Shown here: positions 26,404-37,498 of the stretch, piece after piece | How positions within the stretch are numbered: the first letter of the stretch is position 1 | Layout: each line of letters starts with the position of its first letter | Source of the DNA: Podarcis muralis | Lineage: Eukaryota | NCBI RefSeq assembly: GCF_964188315.1 | Contig: NC_135660.1 | Span: 34,410,001-34,474,000, forward strand | Length of the DNA stretch: 64,000 nucleotides | Direction of reading: 5' to 3' | Made by a program: the position numbers and the translations under genes | Notes under the pieces: model-generated | The model's input: only the letters and a program-made list of their open reading frames with translations | Told to the model about the DNA's origin: nothing | Database searches by the model: none

Positions 26404-27889
26404 TACTGCCCGTTCCATGGAAGCTGTCATGTAAAGCTCAAGATATACAGCAGAATTGTTCCTCACAGCTCTTCATACCTTCCTTACACTCCTTCTTAAC
26501 TAAGGAAGAAAATTGCCTCCTGAGGTTTGATTAGAACTGCATCCTATAATCCTGAGAGATTTATAGTAGCCACCACTTTTGTCCCAGGCATTAGAGCAAG
26601 CCATGGTTGTTCATTTTCATAAGCTGAAAGAAAATATGCCTCCCTCTGAGCCCTGTATCAATGATTGCTGACCAAGTTTAAACACAACATGCAGCCCTAA
26701 GTAATTTTCCCTTCACTTTTTTAAACAATTCAAGCAGCCTGACAAAAAGCATCGGGAACTGAGGCACCTGCTAGGGAACACTGGGACTGAATTAGCATTG
26801 TTGTCTGTAGTTCTCATTAACCAGCATATCCCAGAATGAATTCCCAGCAGTGTAGGACACAGGAGCTAGTCAAGCACCAAGGTGTATCACTTAATTTTAT
26901 ATTTGCCACCCACCTATTTGCCATCTAAGGGAAAGGTTCTCCCCGCTCCCCACAAACATAACATCACTGAAAGTATGACACAAATGCAATTTAGTAATGC
27001 TCCCCACAATTAACTTTTTTAGTGACAACTAAAGTGAAGTACTTAATATTGTGTATAAATGATTCTGGATGCATGAAATAGTTCTGTAATCCACACTATA
27101 ATTTATTTTTCAGATATTTTACATCAGTATGCAGTGGTGGCAAGAAACTGTGATGTGGAAAGTGTCTGGATCTTTAAGTTTTATCTCGCATTATTTGGCA
27201 TTGCTTGCCTATCTGCTTTGAGATACGTCTGTTACAACAGCCAACTATGTAACAGGTGAATGGTTACTATCTACACAGGAAAAAACCCACTGTGTTGTGG
27301 TTGCACATTGAGCAGATTCAAGGCAGTTTACAACTGGGGCTGTTTACAGTGGATTCTGCTGCCTTTGTTTGTTGGCTGTCAGGACTGTAGCAAAACGCCT
27401 TCCACAATCCTGGGAAAGGTAGTTTGTTATGGGTGCTGGAAATTCTAACTCTGTGAGAAGCAAACTATAGTTCCCAGGATTATTTGGTAGAAACAATTTG
27501 CTTTAAATGGGATGTGACAATCAACAGCCTCTTGACTTATTCTTTGCCCTTTCTTTGTCAAGGAGGGTTACTCAATGCATGCTCCAATTTCAGACCGAGT
27601 TTTCCAGTCCCAGTGGAACCGGAACATGGGTGGAATAGCACAATGACATCACCTGCAGAGTAACTCTAGATGTGACAGGGAAAGGGGAAGGTGGAGACAT
27701 GAGGCTGATGCTAGGTGATTGCTCCCCATCTGCCAAAACATCTGGCTCCACGTTGGTTCCCATATAATGAAGGAGCTGTTGGGTGCAATCTTTTCCTTCC
27801 TTTTCTTTTTGTAGTAGAACAATTGTTTCAGGGCCTGTGCATCCGTGAAGTGGTATAGTTGAATATAAAAGAGGGGAGATTCAGCTTCT

Positions 27890-28170
27890 TCTTCTTTTTT
27901 ATCATCTTTATTAATTTAAAATACAATTTAAAAGACAATCATACAATAAAGGTAAGTACAACAGAGTTAAGCACAAAAAAGAAAAAAGAAGAAAAAAGAA
28001 AAGAAGGACAAAAAAGAATTTAACAGTAGCAAGAAAATGTCAATTGAAAAAGAAAACCAAATATTTATACAACATCATGTCTTATCCAATAAAGTCTTCT
28101 ATGAAAAACTTCCAATCGTTTTCATTATACTTTTTCTATTGTCTTGATTTTATATTTCAGCTTCATCATG
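27890..28170 (-). mobile_element. Probable L1 3' UTR/poly-A remnant
   Basis: T-run plus ctttattaa on the + strand, then an A-rich segment mirroring the U-rich 3' UTR of the intact L1. Confidence 0.45.
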
Positions 28171-28172
28171 TA

Positions 28173-28398
28173 CAGTGGTACCTCGGGTTAAGTACTTAAT
28201 TCGTTCCTGAGGTCCGTTCTTAACCTGAAACTGTTCTTCACCTGAAGCACCACTTCAGCTAATGGGGCCTCCTGCTGCCGCCACGCTGCCGGAGCACAAT
28301 TTCTGTTCTCATCCTGAAGCAAAGTTCTTAACCTGAAGCACTATTTCTGGGTTAGCGGAGTCTGTAACCTGAAGCGTATGCAACCCCAGGTACCACTG
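28173..28398. mobile_element. Tigger-like MITE, family copy 2
   Basis: TA|cagtggtacctcgggtt ... ccaggtaccactg|TA. Confidence 0.9.
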
Positions 28399-29494
28399 TA
28401 TAGTGTTCATGAATGCACACATCAGTTGCAGTTCAGAAAAGTGTATTAGTAGCCTACATACGATTGACAGGCTTTACCTAATTAGAGTCCCAGAAGTTAT
28501 AAATAAAGTTGTATAGGTAAACGCAAACCACAACAAAAGCAGGAGACAAGGGATGAGTGAAAAATGCCTCTTGCATAGAACAATTGATCAGTTTTATTTT
28601 GCTTCTTCATTCTGAACCTCTTGAGCAGAAGTTTCAACTCGGCATTTTGCTTGCTTGGCAAGGATATATGTAAATTCCTCACTAGGCATGCCAAATCAAA
28701 TTCCACACTGGCTGGAGCCTGTCCAGACAGTACCTTCTGTACTTTCCTGTACCCTCTAGCACTTTTAATATGCTGAAAGCACACACGCTCCCAAGGATCA
28801 TCTGGAGAAAGCAACAGTGGTGAGGTGTCTTGCTCACAATCCATACAGTGGACAATGTCCCTATTTCACAATGTGTATTGTCCCACGACCCAGTAAGGAT
28901 AAGAAATTCCAGGGAAATGCAAGCCGGGCAATGCAGCGATCACAGTCTCATGCAGACACTGAAGCATTCAATAGCACAGCATCTGCTGAAAGAACTTAGT
29001 ATTCCCCCTCCTGGTATCACCTACAAAGCAGTTTCTTTGTTTAAAAGTTTACTTATAAATATTTCAGCTCCATTAGCTGAGAAGCACATTAATCTGCACG
29101 ATGCAATGAACTGGGCTCAGTTCTGCAGTTGCAAATTTGTAAAAGCAGAGTAAAAAAACAGAGACGACATTGCAATCGCACAGGAGAACAGGAGCGATAT
29201 TTTCACCAATGAAGCCCTTGGGAGATGTCTTATTCTGATTAGATTGTGAGCCCATCCTTTCAAATGGCTCAGAGAAGGCAGCAGTTTATCTTTTCTTCAT
29301 GTGTGTGTGTCTGAGAGAGAGAGAGAGAAGGAGAGAAATTCCAAACCACTTATAAAATAACTGCAACACAACATGATCAACATGCATCAACATGATCAAT
29401 ATAATCTGAAAATTGCTAAAATCAGTTCTTTTGTAATGAGCCATGTTTGGGTTTGGGTCTGGGCTTTGGGGCAGGGAGAAGGTGGATCGGTATG

Positions 29495-29517
29495 TAATAG
29501 TAGTAGTAGTAGTAGTA

Positions 29518-29565
<48 letters not shown>

Positions 29566-29620
29566 TATTAATTATACCCCACCCATCTGGCTGGGTTTCC
29601 CCAGCCACTCCCCAGCCACA
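29495..29620 (-). repeat. (AGT)n(AAT)n microsatellite grown from an L2 3' tail
   Basis: Trinucleotide runs at 29495-29563, followed by ataccccacccatctggctgggtttccccagccact, the reverse of the L2 3' end. Confidence 0.85.
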
Positions 29621-29841
29621 TGTAGAATGTTGAGGCTAGGTGATGGGAGCCTGGGATGACAGTCAGGATGGTAGTATTTGTGAGTTGACAGCTGGAATAG
29701 GGAAAGGGAAGAGAATGGAGGATAGAGGGTCAGCCCAACACATTTTGCTGCCAAAGATGGAGCAAGGGATTCCTCCCCGCCCCTCACCAACACCGCTCAA
29801 GGGATATGGCATCCACAGCTGAGTTATTTTGGCACCTGAGA

Positions 29842-29875
29842 ATTGAGCAATTCGTTGCTCAATTCATTGCGCAAT
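29842..29875. promoter_or_regulatory. Triplet of C/EBP-type palindromes at 12-bp period
   Basis: ATTGAGCAAT (29842), GTTGCTCAAT (29854) and ATTGCGCAAT (29866, perfect consensus). Function not shown. Confidence 0.5.
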
Positions 29876-30861
29876 TGTTTGATTTTTAATTTTTTTTATT
29901 GTTTTATATTATCCTATTGATAATTTTCCAATATGGCTGAAGCTGGGACATGCCCTAGAATTTATTGATGAGTGTATGGGCCCATAACCCCCCCTTTTTT
30001 AAAAACAGCAAGGAAGTAACTAAATAAATATTCTTAAATGTGTTGGGAAAATAGGGTTGGCAAGCATTGCTTAATCATCTGTACAAGCTAATTGATCCAC
30101 ATAATCCTGCACATCCAGAATCAGGGAGCAACTCTATATACAAGCAGCTGGTGTAAAGCAGGACAGTGTAAATTAATCCCAGGTGAAGTTACACCAGATC
30201 CAGATTCTGTTCAGAAGCAGAGCTACTGCTGTCTGAGCTAGCCTGGCCCGAAGCCTGGCAGAGGGAAAACAAGCTTTTTAAATAGTTGTTACACCACCCT
30301 TTCTGCCAGGTTAATTTATGCTGGGTTGCTGCATCACGCACCAAAACTGAACTGGCTAAGGATTCAGCCTGGGTTCCCCACTCTCTAGTCCTGCCACACC
30401 CCCAGAATGCCCCCCTTTTCAGGGCTTTCATCAGCCTAAAATCCACCAGGCTCAGTTCAGCCTGAGATACACTGATGTATCTCTCCTTCCTCATCTCAAC
30501 TGGGATCCAGCAGCTGAGCCAAGCCCAGCTGATTGCTGATTGTTACTATTTTGATGTGGCAACCTGATCTGGAGCTAGAAGTGTAATCGCAGCCCTCAAG
30601 ATAAATCCAAGCAACTCATCATCTGAAAAATCCAATGCTGCTGCTTTAGATGTTTGTGATTCTTCCTACATGGAAAGTACTTTGGTGGTGCATGCCGTAT
30701 TTTGTTTCGAAATGTCTCAGCACATGAGTTTTATGTCTTTCCCCTGCCCATCAGTGTTTTCCCTGCAGAATGATCATGACGTCTGAAGCAGATTGATGCC
30801 TATTTAAAAAAATCACCACTTTTGTAGGGCAAGAGATGGTCATATGTTTTATGCTGTCTGC

Positions 30862-30878
30862 AAGCGCCACCTACTGCA
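30862..30878 (-). promoter_or_regulatory. Candidate CTCF core motif
   Basis: Minus strand TGCAGTAGGTGGCGCTT; motif match only. Confidence 0.5.
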
Positions 30879-30984
30879 TAACTTGTGAAAGGAATGGCTA
30901 TGAACTTGGCGGAAGGCTGCTGTAACCCTGATGGCACTTTGGCTCAAGTTCTGTTTTGTGCTGTGTGACCAACATCCTATTGTA

Positions 30985-31220
30985 CAGTGGTACCTCGGGT
31001 TACATACGCTTCAGGTTACATACGCTTCAGGTTACAGACTCCACTAGCCCAGAAATAGTGCTTCAGGTTAAGAACTTTGCTTCAGGATGAGAACAGAAAT
31101 TGTGCTCCGTGGCAGCAGCAGGAGGCCCCATTAGCTAAAGTGGTGCTTCAGGTTAAGAACAGTTTCAGGTTAAGTACAGACCTCCAGAACGAATTAAGTT
31201 CTTAACCCGAGGTACCACTG
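30985..31220. mobile_element. Tigger-like MITE, family copy 3 (opposite orientation)
   Basis: TA|cagtggtacctcgggtt ... aacccgaggtaccactg|TA. Confidence 0.9.
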
Positions 31221-32394
31221 TATCTCCAAAGAAGTATTGTACACCCAGCCACCATACTACCCCCACTCCTTACATACTTTCACTCTGCTTCATCTTCAAA
31301 TTGAACCACCATGATGGCGGCGGCTATAAATAGCCATTTGAACATGCTATTGCCACATCCTAGCAGACTTGTCAGTGTTAGCTCCAAACAGAGCCTACCT
31401 GGTTGAGCCTGAAGCATCTGTGATGCCTGATCTATTTTGCCTGTTGCTCTTTGGCATTCAGGGGACAATAGGAGGATTAAAAAGTGCTAAAAACAATGTG
31501 AGTACTGTATTCTTGCTCTGGGAAAAGTAGCTTTCCGTAAACCAATGGCAGGTTTCTTGTCTTAAATTTTGCCTGCACCGCTAGCAGATTGTGATCATCC
31601 TTCCTGTAAATCAAGACTGCACTCCCTTCAGCTTGTAAATCCTTGCTTCAAATTGCTGTTTCATTGCAGCAATTCTCTTTACCTTAAAACCATAACAAAT
31701 CTGCTTAAATATCTCTAATAACTCCCTGGAAAGTACCTGGATGTCTGACAAAAGAAATCCATCATTGGTTTAGAGAGATAGCATACCGTTTTTGATTAAC
31801 ATATTATTATACCCTCCACGGTACCCAGTCATAGAGTTCTTGGTACATAACAGAAAGTGGAAAAGGCTTGATAGTGTTGAATTTCCCTCCAGTAAGCCTG
31901 AGCAGACATTGCTAGTAAACAAAGCTGGTTAACACCAAGTTTTTATGAGAAATGTTACGATTAGGGACTGAGAACCCACTGCTAAGTTCCCAGAGCACTA
32001 TGGCAGATGGACAACAGCCTGCACCTGTAGCATCTAAAGGATCACATGGTGTGAGTAAATAACCTGGTTCCTTCCCATCTGGAAGTCACCATCACTCGAG
32101 CAGGATGGGATGTAGCCACACAGAAGCAAGTCCAATACTACTCTTGAGAATGGAGACCCAATCAACATGTAGTGAGGAATGGAGACAGTGAGCGTGGTCC
32201 TCTTCCCTCTCCATGTTGTCCATCTGAGTAGGAATATTGGGTTGGGTCCTGTCTAAGTTACTTGAACACAGACCTTATTGAAATGGGTGTGACAAGTTAG
32301 TCTTCTTGATGATTTACCTTACATCCCATTACATTCAAGGAGAACTAAGTTCAACTAATTTACTCTGGATCCAGCCCATAGACCAACATGAGAA

Positions 32395-32655
32395 CAGGCC
32401 TTCTCTGCTGTGGCTCCCTGTCTGTGGAATGCTCTCCCCAGGGAAGTTTGCCTGGTGCCTTCACTATACACCTTTAGGCACCAGACAAAAACGTTCCTTT
32501 TTAAACAGGCCTTTGCCTGTCTTGATCTCCATCCTATACTCTTTTAAAAATGCTGGCTCTTTGGGGTTTTTTTATTGGGTTGTTTTTGTTTTGATTTTAT
32601 GTATTTGATATTTTATGTGAACCGCCCTGAGACCTTCAGGTATAGGGCAGTATAG
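32395..32655 (+). mobile_element. Older L2 LINE 3' end
   Basis: RAFSAVAPCLWNALP-like coding tail, then gtgaaccgccctgagacc...gggcagtata. Confidence 0.65.
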
Positions 32656-33011
32656 AAATATATAGACCAGTGTAGACCAGGGTTGGGCAATTTGCAGCCC
32701 TCAGCCTAATATTGTGCAGGTGGCAAGAAAAGAAAAATCAGGCGATAGAGAGAGGGAGAAAGATGTCCCACCTATTGTTGGTTCTGAATTCCATCCACTG
32801 CTTGTATGTGGCCCCCAACAGAAAAAAAGGTTGCCCACCTCAGCATAGAAATGTGTTATAAGCTGCAAAGGAAGATGGGATGTTTTAGTCCTTATACAAG
32901 TATTGCAACCATCAGATTCTACCAGTACCCTGAGATTTTCGTTACTGCTTGTGTTTTCCTTCTACCCTGAACTGCATGGCAAAACATCTAAAAGGATAGT
33001 CACTAGACAGA

Positions 33012-33606
33012 TGTCAAGGCGGGAGTCAGGAGCAAGTCAGCAATACTTCACAGGGTGTCAGTGAAGTTAACTCTCTATTCAAAGAAGCAAAACAGCTCTT
33101 TCCACAAACTCTTCCCAGCAGGTCTTGCCTAGTGAGGACTGAAGATCCCCACCTTCCCACAGCTCCCTAAGTCTTCTCCTCTCCCGGGTCTTTCCCAAGC
33201 AACCTGAGATTTCTCCGCTTTGTCTGTCTCTGCTCCACCCTCTTCATTCCTCTTCTGGAGAGGGAAGCTGGTCACAGCAGGAAGGGGAGAGTCCCTGGCT
33301 TCTTCCACAGCCTGCCTCCACTCTGCCTCTTGGTCCCCTATCTCTCCAGCCTCCAGTTCTGCCTTGTATTCTAGACAGCCCTCTGCATAGCCTCACTACA
33401 CCCTGTTACTTCTTCCAACACCTCCTCCTCCTATTCTGCTCCCTTTTCCCGCTCCAGCCACTCCTCACTGTCCCACCACCAATCCCCTGGCTCTAAGTCT
33501 TCCTCCCTTGGGGGTTCCTCGGCTAGAACCTCCCAACACCCCTCTGTATCCAGCCAGTCCATGGCAACACACTGGCAGTTACCTCAGTTCCTCATCTGTC
33601 ATGATA
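33012..33606 (-). mobile_element. Solo-LTR-like element
   Basis: Starts tgtca and ends tgtcatgata (degenerate TG...CA); ~595 bp. No TSD recognised. Confidence 0.4.
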
Positions 33607-33984
33607 TCATTCCGTATTTTTTTGTGCCAGCAATTTTTTCATCTGCTTTTAGCCTTCACACAGTGAAATTGGCTATGCTTTGAGGTTTTTTGATTTCCAG
33701 CATCTCTCCTTCTATATTAAATTCCCAACAGCGTCATCTGAAAGCCTAACCGTTTCCAGATCTCCATGGTTCTTCAGATCGCTTTCTGGTTAACAAGCTC
33801 ATTGAAATAAATAGGCCATGGGGTTGCTGGGCTGGAAACTGCAGCTGAAGGTGTGACAGCTTTCCTGCAGGGTGAGAAAATTCTGAGACAGGAAGCTAGT
33901 TAGAGCTTCCAGCTGACTGCAGAGCAGACCAGGTCCTCCTAGAGACCATCAGGCACTCGTCCCTTTGCCTGCTCTGACACCACT

Positions 33985-34170
33985 GACAGCTGAAGCAGCC
34001 TTATACTGCTATACCATTGGGTCCATCTAGCCCAGTACTGTCGACAGTGACAGGCAGTGGCTCTCCAGAGTTTTGGACAGAGGACATTTCCAGCCCTAAC
34101 CTGAGATTGAACCTGGGACCTTCTGCATCCAAAGCATGTGCTCCTCAAATGAGCTGCAGCCCTTCCCCTC
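33985..34170 (-). mobile_element. tRNA-derived SINE (Squam3-like)
   Basis: gattgaacctgggaccttctgcat...aagcatgtgctc...gagctgcagcccttccc is the reverse of a tRNA A/B-box head. Related copies at ~45790-45990, ~51090-51490 and ~62650-62830. Confidence 0.6.
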
Positions 34171-34298
34171 ATTAAATACTAATTTGCATCTTGTTGTCCT
34201 GCTTGTTATCAAGCTCTCATATCTGCTGGTGGTCTGTTAAGAATTGTTTTAGAAAGAATTGGACTGATCTTAATGATAGACTTGTAAATATTGATAGT

Positions 34299-34841
34299 TG
34301 TTGTTGTTGTTTAGTCGTTTAGTCGTGTCCGACTCTTCGTGACCCCATGGACCAGAGCACGCCAGGCACTCCTGTCTTCCACTGCCTCCCGCAGTTTGGT
34401 CAGACTCACGTTTGTAGCTTCGAGAACACTGTCCAACCATCTCGTCCTCTGTCGTCCCCTTCGCCTTGTGCCCTCCATTTTTCCCAACATCTGGGTTTTT
34501 TCCAGGGAGTCTTCTCTTCTCATGAGGTGGCCAAAGTATTGGAGCCTCAGCTTCACGATCTGTCCTTCCAGTGAGCACTCAGGGCTGATTTCCTTCAGAA
34601 TGGATAGGTTTGATCTTCTTGCAGTCCATGGGACTCTCAAGAGTCTCCTCCAGCACCATAATTCAAAAGCATCAATTCTTCGGCAATCAGCCTTCTTTAT
34701 GGTCCAGCTTTCACTTCCATACATCACTACTGGGAAAACCATAGCTTTTACTATACGGACCTTTGTTGGCAAGGTGATGTCTCTACTTTTTAAGATGCTG
34801 TCTAGGTTTGTCATTGCTTTTCTCCCAAGAAGTAGGCTATC
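34299..34841 (-). mobile_element. 5'-truncated BovB (RTE) LINE with 13-bp TSD
   Basis: Uninterrupted ...SRDITLPTKVRIVKAMVFPVVMYGSESWTIKKA...FELWCWRRLLRVPWTARRSN... and a (CAA)n tail. TSD AAATATTGATAGT at 34286-34298 and 34842-34854. Confidence 0.95.
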
Positions 34842-35755
34842 AAATATTGATAGTACCATGCTTTAAATAGATGGTGACCCAATATAGTCCTATTCCATCA
34901 TGTTTATCCTTGGTGGTTGTTTTAATTAGCTATTCCTTTATACAAACCTTCATCCAAATCATGTAGGGCCTGCCATTCGAGCCCTGGATGAAAAAGTGTT
35001 TGGCCCATTAATGTGGAGACTGGGGGTAATTTGGGGAATGGGCAATTTCATTTCATACCAAAGTATCTACTAAAAATGAATGGTTTGGCAAGTGTAGGGT
35101 CTCTTTTACCGCTGCAGCTATGTGGTTTCTTTCTAGGAGGTAGCTCCTGGTACAATTTTGTCCTATTCATGGCCACAGGAAACTGCCGCTTATCAAGTCA
35201 GACCAGTCTAAACCAGACTTTGCCAACTTGGTGCCCCTTAGATGTTTAGGATTACAACTCCCATCAGCCCCAGCCAGCACAGCCAATGGTGAGGGATGGT
35301 GGGAGTTGTAGTTCATTATCTGGAGAGCTCCAGGTTGGTGAAAGTTAGTCTATTCCATTTGTTCCCACTGCTCAATTATAACCAGAAATATTTCTTTGCA
35401 GACAGTTCCTGTAATTTATCTATTATTTTACTAATGGAGGAACTTCCTCCTTTTCCATCCCCTGACTCATTGTTCACATACTTATGGTCATCTTTACAAC
35501 CATGAGAAAATCAGATGGATGACTGCAATTGCTAATATTTATCCAAGGTAGACAGGGATACTTCTCGAAAATACTTCAATTGCTTTCTTGAAGCCTCAAG
35601 TGATCACAGCTGCTGCATTTATATCCTGTGCTTAAGCATCTGGTGTATATTTGTATTAAGAATTAACAGACAAGTCCTCCCAACCTGTGGAGAAATAATA
35701 ATTTCCTCTACTGCTGATGACCAGGCTCTGAGTGCCATTGCTCATGTAGTCAAAA

Positions 35756-35760
<5 letters not shown>

Positions 35761-35823
<63 letters not shown>

Positions 35824-35832
35824 GAGAGAGAG
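35761..35832. repeat. (AC)n(AG)n compound microsatellite
   Basis: Seen directly. Confidence 0.97.
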
Positions 35833-36355
35833 GCAGGCAGGCATCAGCAAGCTTATGAGAAACCCAAGGTTTGCCAAAACACAGAATATTTAGAACTAGC
35901 AACTGCCCTCCTGCTGGCTCTACTTGCCACCCTTAACCCCCTTAAGACCTTGTCATCCCCTCCTCTTACAGCTCACCCAAACTGTCCCACATTCCTTCCC
36001 ATCCCTATTCATATGGCCTGCCTGTCTCTGATGATGCCACTTCTGCCTTGATAGTGGAGGGCAAGGAGGAGAAAAGTGATGGCGGCAGAGCAAGATAGCT
36101 GCTGAAAAGCTGTCCTGGTGTGTCATGACCATTCCAACGCAGCTCACCTGGGTTACCCACCTGTGTCGCTTTACCTGGGTTGCTCACGCCATTCACTTGG
36201 GCTGCCTATGCCGCCCACTTGTGCCAACTGCCTGCTTGGGCCACCCACTCATCTCCCTCTTCCTTGCCCTCCAACCCTGCTGCAATGGCCCAGCAGCATC
36301 TCTTGTTTGACCCCACAGGCTACTCCTTGAATGGAAAGAATGAGAAAATGCATTA

Positions 36356-36597
36356 CAGTGGTACCTCGGGTTAAGTACTTAATTTGTTCCGGAGGTCCGT
36401 TCTTAACCTGAAACTGTTCTTAACCTGAAGCACCACTTTAGCTAATGGGGCCTCCTGCAGCTGCCGTGCCACAGGAGCACGATTTCTGTTCTCATCCTGA
36501 AGCAAAGTTCTTAAGCAGAGGTACTATTTCTGGGTTAGCGGCGTCTGTAACCTGAAGCGCATGTAACCTGAAGCATATGTAACCCGAGGTACCACTG
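36356..36597. mobile_element. Tigger-like MITE, family copy 4
   Basis: TA|cagtggtacctcgggtt ... aacccgaggtaccactg|TA. Confidence 0.9.
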
Positions 36598-36922
36598 TAC
36601 GTTCTCTCAAAGAACCTTTCATCGCATAACCTGCTTTCTTTTAGAGCTATATTTGGAAGGTTTGCTTCTAACAGTGATTCCCCGGAAGATACTCCAAAGT
36701 CAATTGTGCATAGATACTGTTTCTGGAGCTTTGGCATCCCCTACACTAGAAACTGTCAATATAAAATGACACACAGAACACGGACCCTTTTGTAGACCCC
36801 TGCATGGTAACGTTAAATTTGCAAATCCATGCAAGAGCAATGAAGAGTCTCGTGGCATCTTAAAGATGAACAAATAAGGAACCTCCAGACTAATTTGGCA
36901 CAACACAGGTCCCAGTTAGGAC

Positions 36923-37498
36923 TGTGAGGCTATTTCCCCCAAACCACAGCCACCTCACACCAGATGCCCTGTGGGGAGTTCAACTGAACAGCCACTCCTG
37001 TGGCGATCACACAGGGGACCCGGATGTTTCACCATCTATTGATCCCTGTGCCACCACTTTATTTCTCGCTGCCACCACCCAGAGCCCTACTTGGGAAAAT
37101 ACTGCGTCCAGTCAGGGTTAAATAGGAACATAAACTTCTGTTTATTTATTGCAGTTTAACAAGCGTGTGGTTTCATAAACGGTCTCAGTCAATTACAATC
37201 ATGGGGTGCCTATCCAGACCTATAACTTCTGCTACCTGCTCTTACTCACTAAAACACCTCTCAGATATTTACTTGTCTTCCTAGCTCCTAACTGTTCCTG
37301 ACTCAGCTTATTTTGCTACACTAACTCAGACTCTATCCTAATTCACTCCCACTCCAACCAACCAACCTCCCAACAAACTCTTCCTCTTCGCCCCTCCCAG
37401 AGCTGGTTTTATAGTCCCTCTGACTCCACCCCCTGGGTTCTGATTGGGTAATCTGTTTAACTATTTCACCTCCAGCACTCTCATATGTTAACATCACA
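36923..37498 (-). mobile_element. Solo LTR
   Basis: tgtga...tcaca termini. On the minus strand a TATA-like CTATAAAA (~37405-37412) precedes AATAAA (~37141-37150). TSD not recognised. Confidence 0.55.

Noticed and set aside
29373-29633. Poly-Ser/Asn, poly-Leu and poly-Tyr ORFs (also 5823-6023, 20346-20585, 35656-35877)
   Set aside because: Translation artefacts of microsatellites.
31324-31333. Perfect MEF2 site CTATAAATAG
   Set aside because: A single 10-mer without supporting context; not distinguishable from chance.
34339-34866. 175-aa + strand ORF
   Set aside because: Antisense shadow of the BovB fragment.
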